Source: Basidiobolus meristosporus CBS 931.73 (taxonomy: Eukaryota; Fungi; Basidiobolomycota). Taken from it: a stretch of DNA of 64,000 nucleotides. A program made the position numbers and the translations under genes. The notes under the pieces were generated by a model. It did no database searches. It worked only from the letters and a program-made list of their open reading frames with translations, and was not told the DNA's origin. The DNA lies in assembly GCA_002104905.1 (NCBI GenBank), contig MCFE01000474.1, positions 4,906 through 68,905 on the forward strand, written 5' to 3'. This document shows positions 1 to 12,200 of the stretch, in pieces (position 1 is the stretch's first letter; each line of letters begins with the position of its first letter).

Positions 1-689
1 GGTAGGCTTCAAAGCAGACAGAGACTCTTTTGTTCATCATCTACACCAGCTTTAATACTGTGGAGTTTGTCTGCAAGTGTCTCCATTCTGGTAATGAATT
101 GTAGCATGTCATCATCTGACTACTTCCTCATGTTGAAGAACTTTTTTTTCAGTAAAGGTTGCTTGATACTTACTTTGCTCTAAAGATCTTCTCTAAGGAT
201 TCCCATGCTGCTTTGGCAGTATTTGCAGGATGGATTTATCCTATGAAGGAGTTTTGCACATTGATACATATATCATTGAAGGCATTTCTCTCCTTGTCTT
301 GAAACTTCTCCACTTCTTCTGCTGTTTGTTGGGCTCAGCATCTTTTCCTGCTACTATATTCCAAAGCTTTTTTTCCTCAATGCAGATCTGCATCCTCATT
401 CTCCCAAGTCTGTAGTTCTTCCCATCAAACCTCACCTTTACAGGTAAGATGTTTGTATTGTACTGTTGGCTGGTAGAAGTCATATTTAGAATAGGCTAAG
501 GCAATTGGGGCTCATAACCTGTGGCAATTTAAGAGGTTATTTGGATATAAGGAGCTTTCATTCAATAGTGATAATAGCTGAGCTGTTGTTTATTCATAAA
601 GAGGATCAATATTTATACCTTTGTAGAAGTAATACAGCTATAGCACTAAGTAAGGAGGGTTTCTTAACATTCAGGGGCATTCTGTAACA
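1..689 (-). mobile_element. Ty1/Copia element 5' end: LTR (520-689), PBS (507-519) and decayed gag
   Basis: Minus strand reads TGTTACAG...CA (LTR), then GGTTATGAGCCCC (copia-type tRNAi-Met PBS), then gag start RFDGKNYRLG..MQICIEEKKLWNIV (ORF 241-483). Continues off the window edge with stops. Confidence 0.75.
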
Positions 690-899
690 GTTTCAGGCTT
701 AGTACATAATGTTTTGTACAAAGTGTCAATTTGATCTTGACTCTAGGAGAATAATCATAGGATCATAGATCTGAAGAAACTGGCAAAGTTGGGGCTGCAA
801 GTTAGTCCTACAGTGGCCAAGACTAGCTAGAATTGTTAAATAAGCTCTTAGCTGCTGAATAATATGAAATTGTCCAATATTTCAACACATACTTCGGAG

Positions 900-2050
900 C
901 TAGTATTCTTCTGCATGGTGTTAATTTTCGTTGGTATCACTTCAGATTGTCATCTTTTGTTCTGATTATAAGATTTCTGACCAGTCACTGTAGCCTTTTC
1001 AACTCCAAACACAGCTGATTCATAGTTAATGACAAACTTAATGGGTCTTTTAGTGGTCTGAGGTTGTCTAAGAATCACCTTCTTATCAGTTCTCTCTTTC
1101 AGACCATCAATAAGATATTAACCTTTATCTCAGGGTTTTATTCTTTTAATCTGCCCAAGTAGACTACAATACTCCCTGATGTATTCTTGAACCATGCCTC
1201 CCCATCTTAGTTTCTTCAGCTTCCTTCTTAGAAGTGTTGGCCGATGTGGAGGCTCAAAAGCATGCTAAATTTCAAACACAAGCTGATGCCAAGTAGATTT
1301 AATTGAGCATCCATCATAGTGATTGATCTAATCTTGCAGTGGTTCCACTGTAAAGCTGCATCTGCAAAGTAGAAGCAGCACATTTAAACTGGGTTTATAG
1401 TGCCACTCCTATGGCCTGAACGGCTTTTTTGATTTAAAAGAGCCCAGTTGCCAGGTTCTTATTGACCTTACCATGGTGCTAGTTGGCCTTCCCACTAAAG
1501 TTACTCTTGACAGGGCTTTATTGGCTCCAAGTCACAGTATTCATTACTTGTTGCTGCTGGTTGAATTTCTGGACCAACTGATGCTGTTGGGCCTTGAAAC
1601 ACTGCACAACATTCTTTAATTCTAAATTATCCAACATTGCGGGGGAGGCTTCTTTCTTCAGCAACAAAGTTTCTGCTTATTGCAGCTGCATATGTTACAA
1701 GTCCTGATATAAGAATTTAGAGGAATAGAGAGTTTAGCTAGTATTATACAAAGCTAAAGTTTGAAGAGATCTTTATTGAATTCTAGTAGCTCCTTGAATA
1801 AATTTTGCCAGATCAATTATTGACTAATTTTGTATTCAGATGTAGGTAATGGCTGATGACTCATTAAATTACATCAGCACAACTGCAAAAGATCCTACCT
1901 GATATATCTGTATCTGTTGGATTAAGTATAAAGCTGGATTGGTGGCTAAAGGCTTCTCCCAAATTGAAGGACTAGACTTCATGGGGAAGGTGGCTCTATA
2001 AGAATAGTTTTAGACTATCTGGTAATATGTGATATTATTAGCCCTGCAGC
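900..2050 (-). mobile_element. Ty3/Gypsy relic: gag fragment plus LTR (~1693-2050)
   Basis: Minus translation near 1050-1140 (KYLIDGLKERTDKKV) matches the gag at 7260 (EYLIDGLKERTHKEV). 1693 onward is the reverse complement of the 10906-11274 LTR end (GACTTGTAACA). Confidence 0.7.
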
Positions 2051-2074
2051 AAAACCTATATACAGCACTTTTAG

Positions 2075-2415
2075 CACCTGATAGTACTAGAGGACCAAGT
2101 TAGTGCTATACATTTTTGTGGCATGATAAAAGCCTCTGGAGCTAGATTCAGAGTGCCATGGTTATTGAGTACCAGAAGCATGTCTTCAGAATTTGTGTGC
2201 TCCAACACATTATGTACAATAATGATCCCAAAAAAAAATCAAGACATGGGCTTTTCTCAGCACAATAAGTACACATGGAGGTTGCTTTGCATGAACTTGA
2301 AGAAGAGTATCTTACACTCTTTAGCCCAGCTTAGGTATACCATGCCTCTCAGGCACACAATGGCATTATTTAGCACATATGGCTTAATGTGACACAATTC
2401 ATTACAGCAAGCATT
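2075..2415 (+). mobile_element. Isolated degenerate arm of the foldback MITE family
   Basis: Aligns by eye along its length with 14432-14772 (CCTGATAGTA..GGACCAA..GAGCTAGATT.CA.GTGCCAT.G..TTGAGTACCA..). Confidence 0.7.
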
Positions 2416-3294
2416 ATGTATATGGTGCCACCAGAAGGCTCTGCCATTCCAATTAGCCCTATAAGGTGTGCAGACATGGAAATTGCTGTATGTGCTTAAG
2501 TAGTTCACTAGAAGATACTGAAGCAAAATTCACACATATCTGGAGGAGATTAGACTTGTTCCATTGTACCATGCCAGGGCGCGTGGCACAATCCGCGGTT
2601 GTAAAGAACAATCAAGCGCAATATTATAGCTACCAGAAGGCAGGATTGTTCTTGGACAATTTTGCACTATGCGGGACAATCTTGCACACTATGGCACAAT
2701 CTGACACAATGAGGTTGGCACAGATGATTGCGCCAACTTGTAATGTTTGCATCATGTGCACAATTGGATACCGCTATTATGGCAGGTAAAATCCGGTATT
2801 TGGGTATGTTTCTTTAATGTTAATGGAAATAAATGTGTATCACACTATAAACTACACTGATACTTACCATTTTGGTTACCCTCACTCCAATTGGATGGTA
2901 TCTCAGTGGTTAACTGGTCCAAAAGTATCCTGAAGCTGGCAGCCCCCAATTGGCTCATTGACTACTGAAAAATCCACCTGATTTGCCATCAAATATCCCA
3001 TTTTGCTCATTGAGCAAGTAAATCCCTGATCCTAGTGATTGGACATGGTGTCATAGCTAGCACGCAAGCAATTGTGTAGGTGCAAAACAGATCCAATAGC
3101 TGCACTGGTATTACGGATGACGTATATATATGCAGGGTGTTTACTTATAGGGGTTCTGTCTCAAATGTGAGATGACCTTGATATTACTTATATCAAAAAT
3201 TTGATGATCACTGATTTGCAATGGCTTGATTCAGATTGCAAAAAAAAAGGGTGGTTGGGATCATTACAAATGTGAGCAATTCAAAGCAATTGCA

Positions 3295-4557
3295 TCATCT
3301 TCTCCTGGGTTTTTTTCTCACAGGGATTACTACTGAAGCATTTGGTAGTGACTCACTTTGCACACCTACACTACTTCTTGGCTGACTATCATCTTGGCTA
3401 CTTGTGTATTTGTACTCAGTATGTTGCCTCTCAGTTGATGAGTGCAATGCTGCAGCTTGGCCGTGCTGAATTGCTCCAACTGAACCAACTGCTCCAGCCT
3501 GTAGTGCCATGCGCTGATGCGTTCTTTTACTTGCCAAGGGCTCCGGTGGTTGAGGCACTTCATATTGGTCATCATCAGTCAGTTCACCAGAAGTAACTTG
3601 CTGATGGTCAGGCAAAACGGCATGCGCAGGCGCACCTTGACGCGTTGAGATGGCCCTTGGCTGAGTTCAATGTGATGCTGCATGTTGACACGACTTGGTC
3701 TGCTCCAATGGACTGATGTCTAAATGAGCAGTTTGGCAAGTTCTCGTAGTTTTGCTCTGAAGTGCATGCATTGACCCAACACGTGCTGACTCAATGCACG
3801 TTGACTTGATGCGAGGCATTCTGGTAAAGGGTGTTGGCGTAGTCAGGACTGACGTGCGCCGGCACGCTGTGGTTGCAAGAGATGGTAGGGAATCCAGCAA
3901 GGCATGCTGGCGTGATCTGGACAATGTTGCTTGCGGTCTGTATTCTTCCTCCTGAAGCACACCATCTGATTCCTCAAGGTATTCACTTACCCTCTGTCTG
4001 ATACTTTGGAGCTGTTGCCTGGATGAGTCCTGTGTATATTGCTCTTGGAAGCTACTTAGCTCTACTAATATATCATGAAGTAAATTAGTCATTTGAGGCA
4101 AAAACTCATTCAAAATCTCTTTGGTTCCCAAAGTTGAGGCACAAACAGACGTGTCCGGCCCGTACTGTGCAAATTGCGCGCAAAATTGTTCCGGTGCAGC
4201 TTCTTTGTCAAATCCCCTCACTCTCAGCTCATTCTTGATTTCAATACTTGTCTTGTTATATATCTTTTTACATACATTGGCTGGCATCTTGATGTAGAAC
4301 TCATGCCACAGCTTTCTACTCAAATTCTTCCATCTTTGTCAACTCTCTGAGGTATCTAGTTCTGCTAGATTAATCAGTAGTGCCCAAATATCTGTATGAA
4401 GGCTCTTCATAGACACTTGGGCCATACTAAAATCATTTGGCAAGAACTCAAACGGATCCAACATTGACTTTTCCAATCCAGACCGTGCTTGTGAGCTGGG
4501 GGATGGGTTTTGTCTGGATTGTACTAAAGATGAGTTGAGGCCTGGTATGGGGACCAT
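3295..4557 (-). pseudogene. Accessory ORF2 of the PHIS element (putative DNA-binding partner), interrupted
   Basis: ORFs 4339-4557 and 3667-4323 are in the same frame, separated by one TGA (ES*QRWKNLSRKLWHEFY). ORF 3295-3615 ends in basic RKKPRRR. Possible donor GTAAGT near 3990. Homologue in copy 2 at ~17600-18200. Confidence 0.55.
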
Positions 4558-4916
4558 AGCAACGGATTTGGATACTTATACAGCAGTATATTGGAATCAA
4601 CCTGGTCTTATATGAAATATATATGAAAACTAATGTGTTTGTTGAATTTTCCATATATTATGCATGATGCATCTTGGATTGCGTTGACACGGATCAGATC
4701 ACATCAATTGCAGATTTCCTAATTGATTATAGACCTATGATTAAAGCATCAATAAAAGTACCAAGGCATTGTTTGCGGATGATTTTTGCAACATAATGAT
4801 GGGATATATGGCAATTAATGGAGATTTAACCATAATGTATTAATAATCAGATAAATAACACAGATTGCACCAAATCAATTCAAACCACCCCCATACAGTC
4901 ATCCATCAATTTTAAT

Positions 4917-5801
4917 ATGACTTACTCATCCAAATGGTCTTTTCTCATCAATCCCATCACTACCACTGGATTTCCTTTTGACACACTAGAGGAGATCTAT
5001 TCCAAGTACTGTGGACCATCAACCCCAATCTACTCAAGAAGATCCCTTGTTAAGCTTCTCTGCTATTACAAGAACTATTGCCCTACAAGGTTTCATCCTA
5101 CCATCCATGGCAACAAAAGTCCTAGAAGCTTTCATACCCAGCTGACAGCAATGAAGAACCACCTTGCAGAGGGTATGAATGACTTAGAGCAAGCTTGGAA
5201 CACTAGGTTCAGAAGCTCCAATAGACTTCCATATCCCAGAGTGTTCAGCAACAGGTTCCATATCAGGAGTATTTTGGATACCTTCCCAGTGAGGATTAAC
5301 AGACCTTCTAGAGGGCAGAGGCACTTTTATTCTGGCAAGTACAAGGCACACTGTGTGAAGTTTCAAGCACTGTCTGACATTGAGGGTAACATCATCTGGT
5401 TTAGTGGGTCATTTGCTGGAAGTAGGCATGACAAAGCACTCTGGGTAGAGAATCATCCTGAATTCAGTAGAGGGGAGAAATGTATGGCAGACTTAGCCTA
5501 TATAGGAGAGGATTGTCAGAGATTAGGATGTATTACTGCTTATAGGAAGCCAAGGAATGGTGTGCTTAGCAGGAAGCAGAAGCTCTACAATGAGATATTT
5601 AATCATTTCAGAGTAAGGGTAGAGCACACATTTGGATATCTGAAGAGATTTAGCATATTGGCAGGTGAATACAGAGGAAAGTCATATATAGGAGAAAACA
5701 GCAGAATAGGTAAAATAGTTAAGATACTTATTAATGCTCAGTATGTTCATACAAGAAGACATCCACTGAGAGAAATGTGTCTGGAGCATTATGAAGAGTA
5801 A
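4917..5801 (+). CDS. DDE_Tnp_4 / Harbinger-type transposase, 294 aa, open frame
   Basis: Motifs DTFPVRINRP, YSGKYKAHCVKFQ, GSRHD, MADLAYIG, YNEIFNHFRVRVEHTFGYLKRFSIL, typical of IS5/PIF-Harbinger nucleases. Confidence 0.9.
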   Translation: MTYSSKWSFLINPITTTGFPFDTLEEIYSKYCGPSTPIYSRRSLVKLLCYYKNYCPTRFHPTIHGNKSPRSFHTQLTAMKNHLAEGMNDLEQAWNTRFRSSNRLPYPRVFSNRFHIRSILDTFPVRINRPSRGQRHFYSGKYKAHCVKFQALSDIEGNIIWFSGSFAGSRHDKALWVENHPEFSRGEKCMADLAYIGEDCQRLGCITAYRKPRNGVLSRKQKLYNEIFNHFRVRVEHTFGYLKRFSILAGEYRGKSYIGENSRIGKIVKILINAQYVHTRRHPLREMCLEHYEE

Positions 5802-6399
5802 ATAAAGCAAGGAAGGCACTACTCTGAGCAACATAAGTAAGATTGAGTAAAGTTACCAGTAACTGTATCATACCACTGGCATCATGGTAGAGATTATAGT
5901 GCCAGATAGTGCCATAGAGTGCCAGATCAATCCGGCACCATAAACCGGCTGGCACTCTGTGGCACTATCCAACAGAACAAGTCTATTTGGTTCACTTGTG
6001 AGTTTGCAGATCATAGCATATTTGTCAAACAGCTTGAAAAGAGAATGATTATCCTGGTACTAATATGAGGACAGTTTAATAATAGCTACAAGCTACTAGG
6101 GGGCAGTCAAATAGGCAAAATCAGATCTTTCAGCAAATTAGAGTGGTGAGATTGCTGAAAATTGGGCTATTTTCTCTGAGTTATGGTCAAACTTGACATG
6201 CTTACACAGACAACTAGGCTCAATCAGCCAGCTTCCATCTTGGCAATTATCAGATGCCTGAAAATAGACAATTTTAAGTCAGCCGTAACCCCCCTCAATG
6301 GTAAGTTAAAATAAAGCTACTCCCAGCCAGCTTTTAGGGAACACTATTCATGTATTCATCAGGACACTCTCTAATAATCATTGGTTGGTAGCCCAATGT

Positions 6400-7075
6400 A
6401 CTCAACAGTATCAGCATATCTAGAGATCAAAGTGACAGCTAGAAAACACAGACAAATGATGCAGAACCAGGGATGTGATTAAATTCCAACAGTTGAGCAT
6501 TTTCAGATATCTACAAGGTGCCATTAATGTGATTATTAAGTACTTGGGAGCAGCTATTAGAAGAAGATTTGGCAGTTACAGTGATTTGGAACAGCATAGG
6601 GATTGAATTAACACACTCCACCACAGGTCATGTATCTCTTTTTGCTGGTACAGTTATTACATAGAATCTCAATAAACAACCAACTGTGGTATCCTTTACA
6701 ACTGAGGCAGAGTATAAGGCTACCTGTCATGCAATCAAGTAGGCCATATGGCCACAAACATTACTAAAGGTTTAGGTTTTATTTCAGAGGAACCAACTTG
6801 TACCTACATGATAAGTTTCTTAAAACCAAAGAGCTTCCAGTATTGCAACAGAAACAACCAACTTTGGTAATTTTAACAACTGAGGCAGACTACAGGGCTG
6901 CTTGATAGGTAACTAAGTAAGAAACATGCCTACATAATTTATTCAAAGTCAAAGGTTGAATTCAGATTCACCAACTTATATTTACAAGGACAATGAATGT
7001 TTAGTTCATCAAATAGATATTCTACCAATTGTGCTAGAACTAAGCTTTACAGTGATACCATAACAAGATCATTTC
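6400..7075 (+). mobile_element. Decayed Copia RT/RNase H fragments (RNase H start present twice)
   Basis: KQPTVVSFTTEAEYKATCHAIK (6670-6740) and a second RNRNNQL..TTEADYRAA copy (6845-6905). Many stops. Confidence 0.6.
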
Positions 7076-7079
7076 AGCC

Positions 7080-10000
7080 ACCATGATGGGATAATCCACA
7101 ATCTCTACCTGGGATGAGCTTGTGTCAGAAATTTAGGATGCTTTTGAGTCTCCACACCAGCAGACACTACTAAGAAGGAAGTTAAAGACACTCAGACAGA
7201 AAGGAATGGTTCAAGAATACATCTATGAGTAAAGATGTCTACTTGGACAAATTGAAAGAATGGACCCCCTGGATCAAGTTGAATACCTTATTGATGGGTT
7301 GAAAGAAAGAACTCACAAGGAAGTGAATTATCAAAGACCTCAGACTATTGAAGAAGCCATCAAGATTGCCATTGATCATCACTCATCTATGTTTGGAGCT
7401 GGGAAGCCTGCAGTGACTAATCAGAAAGGCTACAATCATTACGAAAGAAGACAGTCAGAAGCAGTACCAATGGAAATAGATGCTAGGCAGAAGAACCCCA
7501 CCTCAGAAGAATGAAGGAAGAAAGGACTTTGTTTCAATTGCCACCAGCAAGGACACATCTCAAAGTACTGCCCCCAGAGAAGAAATGGACACCAGCCAGC
7601 AAGAACCTTCAACCATATTGAGTCCCATGAACACAGTAATGTGGAAGATGAGCTTGAAGAAGACTTAGAACTCACCTTCCATGTGACAGAAGGGTACTTG
7701 TCCCAAATGACCTCAAACTCAGGGAAGTTATTGTACCTAAATGCAGTAATCTATGGAGTACCTGCCAAAATCATGATTGACTCAGGAGCATCACATGAAT
7801 ACATGTCAGACAATTTGCCTTGAAAGCTGGAACCAACTTGGAAATTACCAAATCAAATTCAGTCTCCACAGCTGATGGGAACTCTCACATAATCAACCAT
7901 ATCACCCAGTCAATAAGAATGAAGATCAATGCCTATGAAGAGAACCTACAGGCTTATATATTTGGGAGCTGCAAGTTTGACCTTGTACTTTGAAAAAACC
8001 TGGCTATTTTGTTGTAATCCATCAATCAACCGGAGAACCCATGCTACTCAGATCCAAAAGGACAACAATACCTATGAGCTATTGCCTGCTAGACTGGATT
8101 TCAACTTGGTTAATTCCAGTATGTGTGAGACAAGTGAACTTAGCAAGAGCCAGTTCTGTTGAGCACTTAGAAAAGGTACCCAGATGTTCCTCATGGCGGT
8201 ATTACAGGAGGATTCCTCTACCCCAGCACCCCAGCAGGTCCAGACTCTCATGAAGAAATATTCAGACGTGTTTCCAGATGAGCTTGTAAGCCTACCACCA
8301 GTCAGAGATGTGGAACATGTCATTGACACAAGTGATAGCCCTCCAGTGAGCAAGACACCTTACAGAACGAGTCCATTGGAATTGGAGGAAATGAAGAGAC
8401 AAATTGATCAGCTATTGGAGCAAGGATACATCAGACCCAGCAAGTCACCTTGGGGAGCACCAGTGCTTTTTGCAAAAAAGAAGGATGGAACACTTAGGAG
8501 GTGCATTGACTACAGAGCCCTGAACTCAGTTACCGTCAAGAATAAATACCCCATACCTTGGATTGATGAGCTTTTGGACCAACTTAATGGAGCCACCATA
8601 TTCAGCAAGATTGACTTCATGTCAGGATACAACCAGATTAGGGTGAAACCAGAAGATATCCCTACAACAGCATTCAGGACCAGATATGGACATTACAAGT
8701 ACTTAGTCATGAGTTTTGGCCTTACCAATGCCCCTGCAACATTCATGACCCTGATGCAGACTGTCTACCAGGAGTACTTAGACAAGTTTGTGATAATCTA
8801 CCTAGATGACATATTGATATACAGCAAGACAGAAGAGGATCACTTAGTACACATTGAAAAGGTCTTGAAGAAGCTAAGAGAGAACAAGCTATATGGAAAG
8901 CTAGCCAAGTATGATTTCTTCAAGGAACATGTTGAATGTCTGGGACCCATAGTGACTAGCACAGGAGTGACCTTAGACCCTAAGAAGGTTGAAGTTACCA
9001 AGAATTTGAAGCAGCCCCATAGTATATCAAAACTCAGATCATTCCTTGGAATGGCATCCTATTATCAGAGATTTGTCAAGTTCTTTGCAAGCATTGCAGC
9101 CCCTTTAACTTATATCCGCAAGAAAGATAACACTTACAAGCAGGACATAGCCTGTGAGACTGCATTTCAGACACTCAAGAATCAACTTGCCAAGCTGCCA
9201 AGCTCAAGAATACCTGACTTCCAAAAAGAGTTTACCCTGTGCACAGATACTTCAGATTATGCAATTGGTGGAGTACTAAGCCAAGAACACAAGGGAAAGG
9301 ACTACCCAGTTGCCTTTGGGTCCAAGAAACTGAACTCAGCAGAACAAAACTATCCTGTGCATGAGAAGGAGATGCTTGCTATAATACGCTGTTTGAAGAC
9401 ATGGAGATGCTATATTGAAGGAGTCAAATGCCCTGTAAATACTGATCATGTCTCACTGAAGTATATATTTACTCAGAAGCTTCTATCCAGAAGAATGACA
9501 AGATGGAGTGAATACATTCAGCAATTTGACTTGGAGAATGTCTACTGCCCTGGGAAAAACAACATGGTTGGTGATACCTTATCAAGACTAAAACAAGTGG
9601 CAAAACTCAACTTGGTGCATGAATCAGATTGGCCTAGCTTATTGCCACAATACTTGGAGGACCAAGCCATTCCTAATGAGTTGGATGAAGAGATAAAGAA
9701 GATAATCCGGGATGAAGCCAGCAAATTTGTTGTACGGGATTAAACACTCTACCAAATTGTAGATGGAGGTCCTATTGCCTATTGCCCTTATGTTGCTTGC
9801 CTGGATATAATACATAAGCTGCACAATGGATATGGTCATCTTGGGATTGAAGGAACCTATAGCCTTGTGAAAGCCAGAGCTTAGTGGCCAAGAATGAAAC
9901 AAGATAATGAGAAGCTAGTGAAAACATGCCCAAGCTGCCAAATTAATCAAGGCCAGCTACAAAGAATTGCCAAACTGTTTCCTTTGGAGCCTGTAAGACC

Positions 10001-11274
10001 ATTTGAGAGATGAGGAATTGACTTTATTGGGAGACTGCCAACTACCAGGAAATGCAACTTTTGGATCCTAGTAGCAATTGACCATGGTACTAAATGGCCA
10101 GTTGCTAAAGATGTACCAATAGCCAGTGAACAAGAAGTTGCAAGTTTCATTTACCACAAGATCCTGATGAAGTTTGGATGCCCTGTGGAGATTGTATCTG
10201 ATAGAAGAGCAAACTTTATGGCAAAGACATTAGAGGCTTACCTGGAAATGCAGCAGATTAAGCACTTGAAAACCTTGGCATATCACCCCAGAACTAATGG
10301 AGTCACTGAGTGGGTTAATGGATTGTTTGAAAAAATGCTGACCAAGTATGCAAATTGAGTTGTCAGTAGATGGGATGAGTATATAGACCAAGCACTCTTT
10401 GCATGCAAAGTCAGAGTATACAACACCATCCAGCAATTGCCATTTTACTTAGTCTATGGATGTGAACCAAGGATTCCTGGAGATCCCACACAACCAAAGC
10501 TTACAGACACCTTAGAAGATGAACTCAGTCAGCCAAGTAGACACCAGCAACTGGAATATAGACGTCAAGAGGCATAGACCAAAGTATCTCAGATTGCAGA
10601 AAAGATGTAGCAGAGATTTGATAAGACTATAGCACTAGAAGCATTGACAGTTGAGAACTTTGTATTGCTAAGAAATACCACTTGGAAGAGGTTTGAGCCA
10701 CAATGGGCAGGACCATTCAAGATCATCAGAGAATGTCCATTTGCAACTTACCAACTAGTGGACAAACAAGGCAATATCCATGAAGACTTAGTGCATAGGG
10801 ACAGACTCAAACTTGCAAGACTTGCTGATAATACTGAACCATCAAGATATTGGTATCACAGGAAAAGAGATTCAGGAGAACCCTCTCAACTTTAGCAGGG
10901 GAGAATGTTATGATCTGCTCCTTGAATATTTAAGTTAGATCAGTTTTTAGTCAAATCAATTAGTTATATATTTAGCTTATCAGTATAACAGTATTATCTA
11001 TCAAATCCGTGGTATTAGTCAGCAAAAGAATCAGCAGATCCTTATCAGACAGAAATAGATATATTAAGTAGGATCTTAATGGGTGATGATGATGCAATCA
11101 AATGAGTCATCAGCCACAGCCTACTTTAGGAAATACAATTAGTCAGCAATTAATCTGGCTAAATGTATATAAGGAGCTGCTGGAATCTCAATAAAGAACC
11201 GTTCAAGTTTTAGTGAATACAATACTAGCTAAACTCCCTATTCCTCTACAACTCTTATACCAAGACTTGTAACA
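7080..11274 (+). mobile_element. 5'-truncated Ty3/Gypsy retrotransposon with 3' LTR (10906-11274)
   Basis: Gag with zinc knuckle CFNCHQQGHISKYC (7530), protease IMIDSGAS, RT YLDDILIYS, RNase H DTSDYAIGGVL, integrase HH-CC and AYHPRTNGVTE, purine tract AGCAGGGGAGAA, then TGTTATG...TGTAACA. Several stops and frameshifts. No chromodomain seen. Confidence 0.92.
8184..9743 (+). pseudogene. Gypsy RT-RNase H open segment
   Basis: 519 aa ORF with SKSPWGAPVLF, CIDYRALN, FSKIDFMSGYNQIR, FGLTNAPATF and YLDD; broken on both sides. Confidence 0.9.
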
Positions 11275-11289
11275 AATACCTTCTGAGGA

Positions 11290-12200
11290 AAATGGTACTT
11301 GAGTGAGGCATAATCAGTTATCAGAGTGCCCTTAACTCCTTCAAAGTAGCTCCCTAATGTCTTCAGAAAACAAAAAGCATCTCCTTCTCATGCACTTGGT
11401 AGTTTTACTCTGCTAAGTGCAATATATTGGGCTCAGAAGCAACTGAGTATTCCTTTGTGTCACGTTCTTGGCCTTCTATTCCACCAGTTTCACAACTTCA
11501 TGTATCAGTGCTGATATAAAACTTTTTTCTGAAGTCAGGTCTCACAAGCTTTGTTCCACTTGAGTGCATTGTCTCTGTTGAGGTCTTCAGCTAAGGGGCT
11601 GCTATGCTAGCAAAGAACCTGGCAAATCTCCAATGATGCAGAGCCTTTCTAGGATATTGATCATTTATTATGGAGCTGCATCAGATACCTGATGACTTGA
11701 ATTTTCTTGGGGTCCAGAGTCACTCCAGTCTTCATGACCATGTGTTCAAGAGATCCATTGGGTACATTGAAAAGCTTAGACTTGAGCAGCTTTCAGTAGA
11801 GCTTACTCCATCTTAGCTTCTCCAGGACCTTTTAATATTTATCAAGTGGACCTCTTCTGTCTCCCAGTTTATCAATATGTCATCTAGGTAGATTACCACA
11901 AGCTTGTCCAAGCATTGATGGATTGCAGTTTGCATCAAGGTCATGAATGTTGCTGGGTAAGGCCAAAACTCATGACTGACTACTCACGGTACCTATATCT
12001 GGTCCTGAGTGCTGTCTTGAAGACATCTTCTGGTTTCACACTAGTCTAGTTGTATCCCAACATGAGGTCAGCTTGCTGAATATAGTGGCACCATTCAGTT
12101 GGTCCAAACAATCAGTAATCCCAGATATAGAGCACCTTTTCTCTGTATTAGCTGAGCTCAGGGCTTTGTAGTCAGGTTGAAATAATACAGAGAAATGCTG
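11290..12200 (-). mobile_element. Heavily decayed Gypsy RT/RNase H fragment of the same family, inverted
   Basis: Reverse complement matches 8510-9370, e.g. LDQLNGATIFSK in ORF 12036-12293. Confidence 0.75.

Larger units (their letters stand above)
2552..5984. mobile_element. PHIS-superfamily (PIF/Harbinger-related, Pangu-like) DNA transposon, structurally complete
   Basis: TIRs AGACTTGTTC (2552) and GAACAAGTCT (5984), flanked by a 3-bp TSD ATT on both sides (2549-2551, 5985-5987). Subterminal GTGCCA/TGGCAC motifs. Contains a DDE transposase and a divergent second ORF. Confidence 0.85.

Noticed and set aside
2861-2870. ATACTTACC resembling the U1 snRNA 5' end
   Set aside because: Downstream sequence lacks U1 stems and an Sm site, and it lies inside a transposon.
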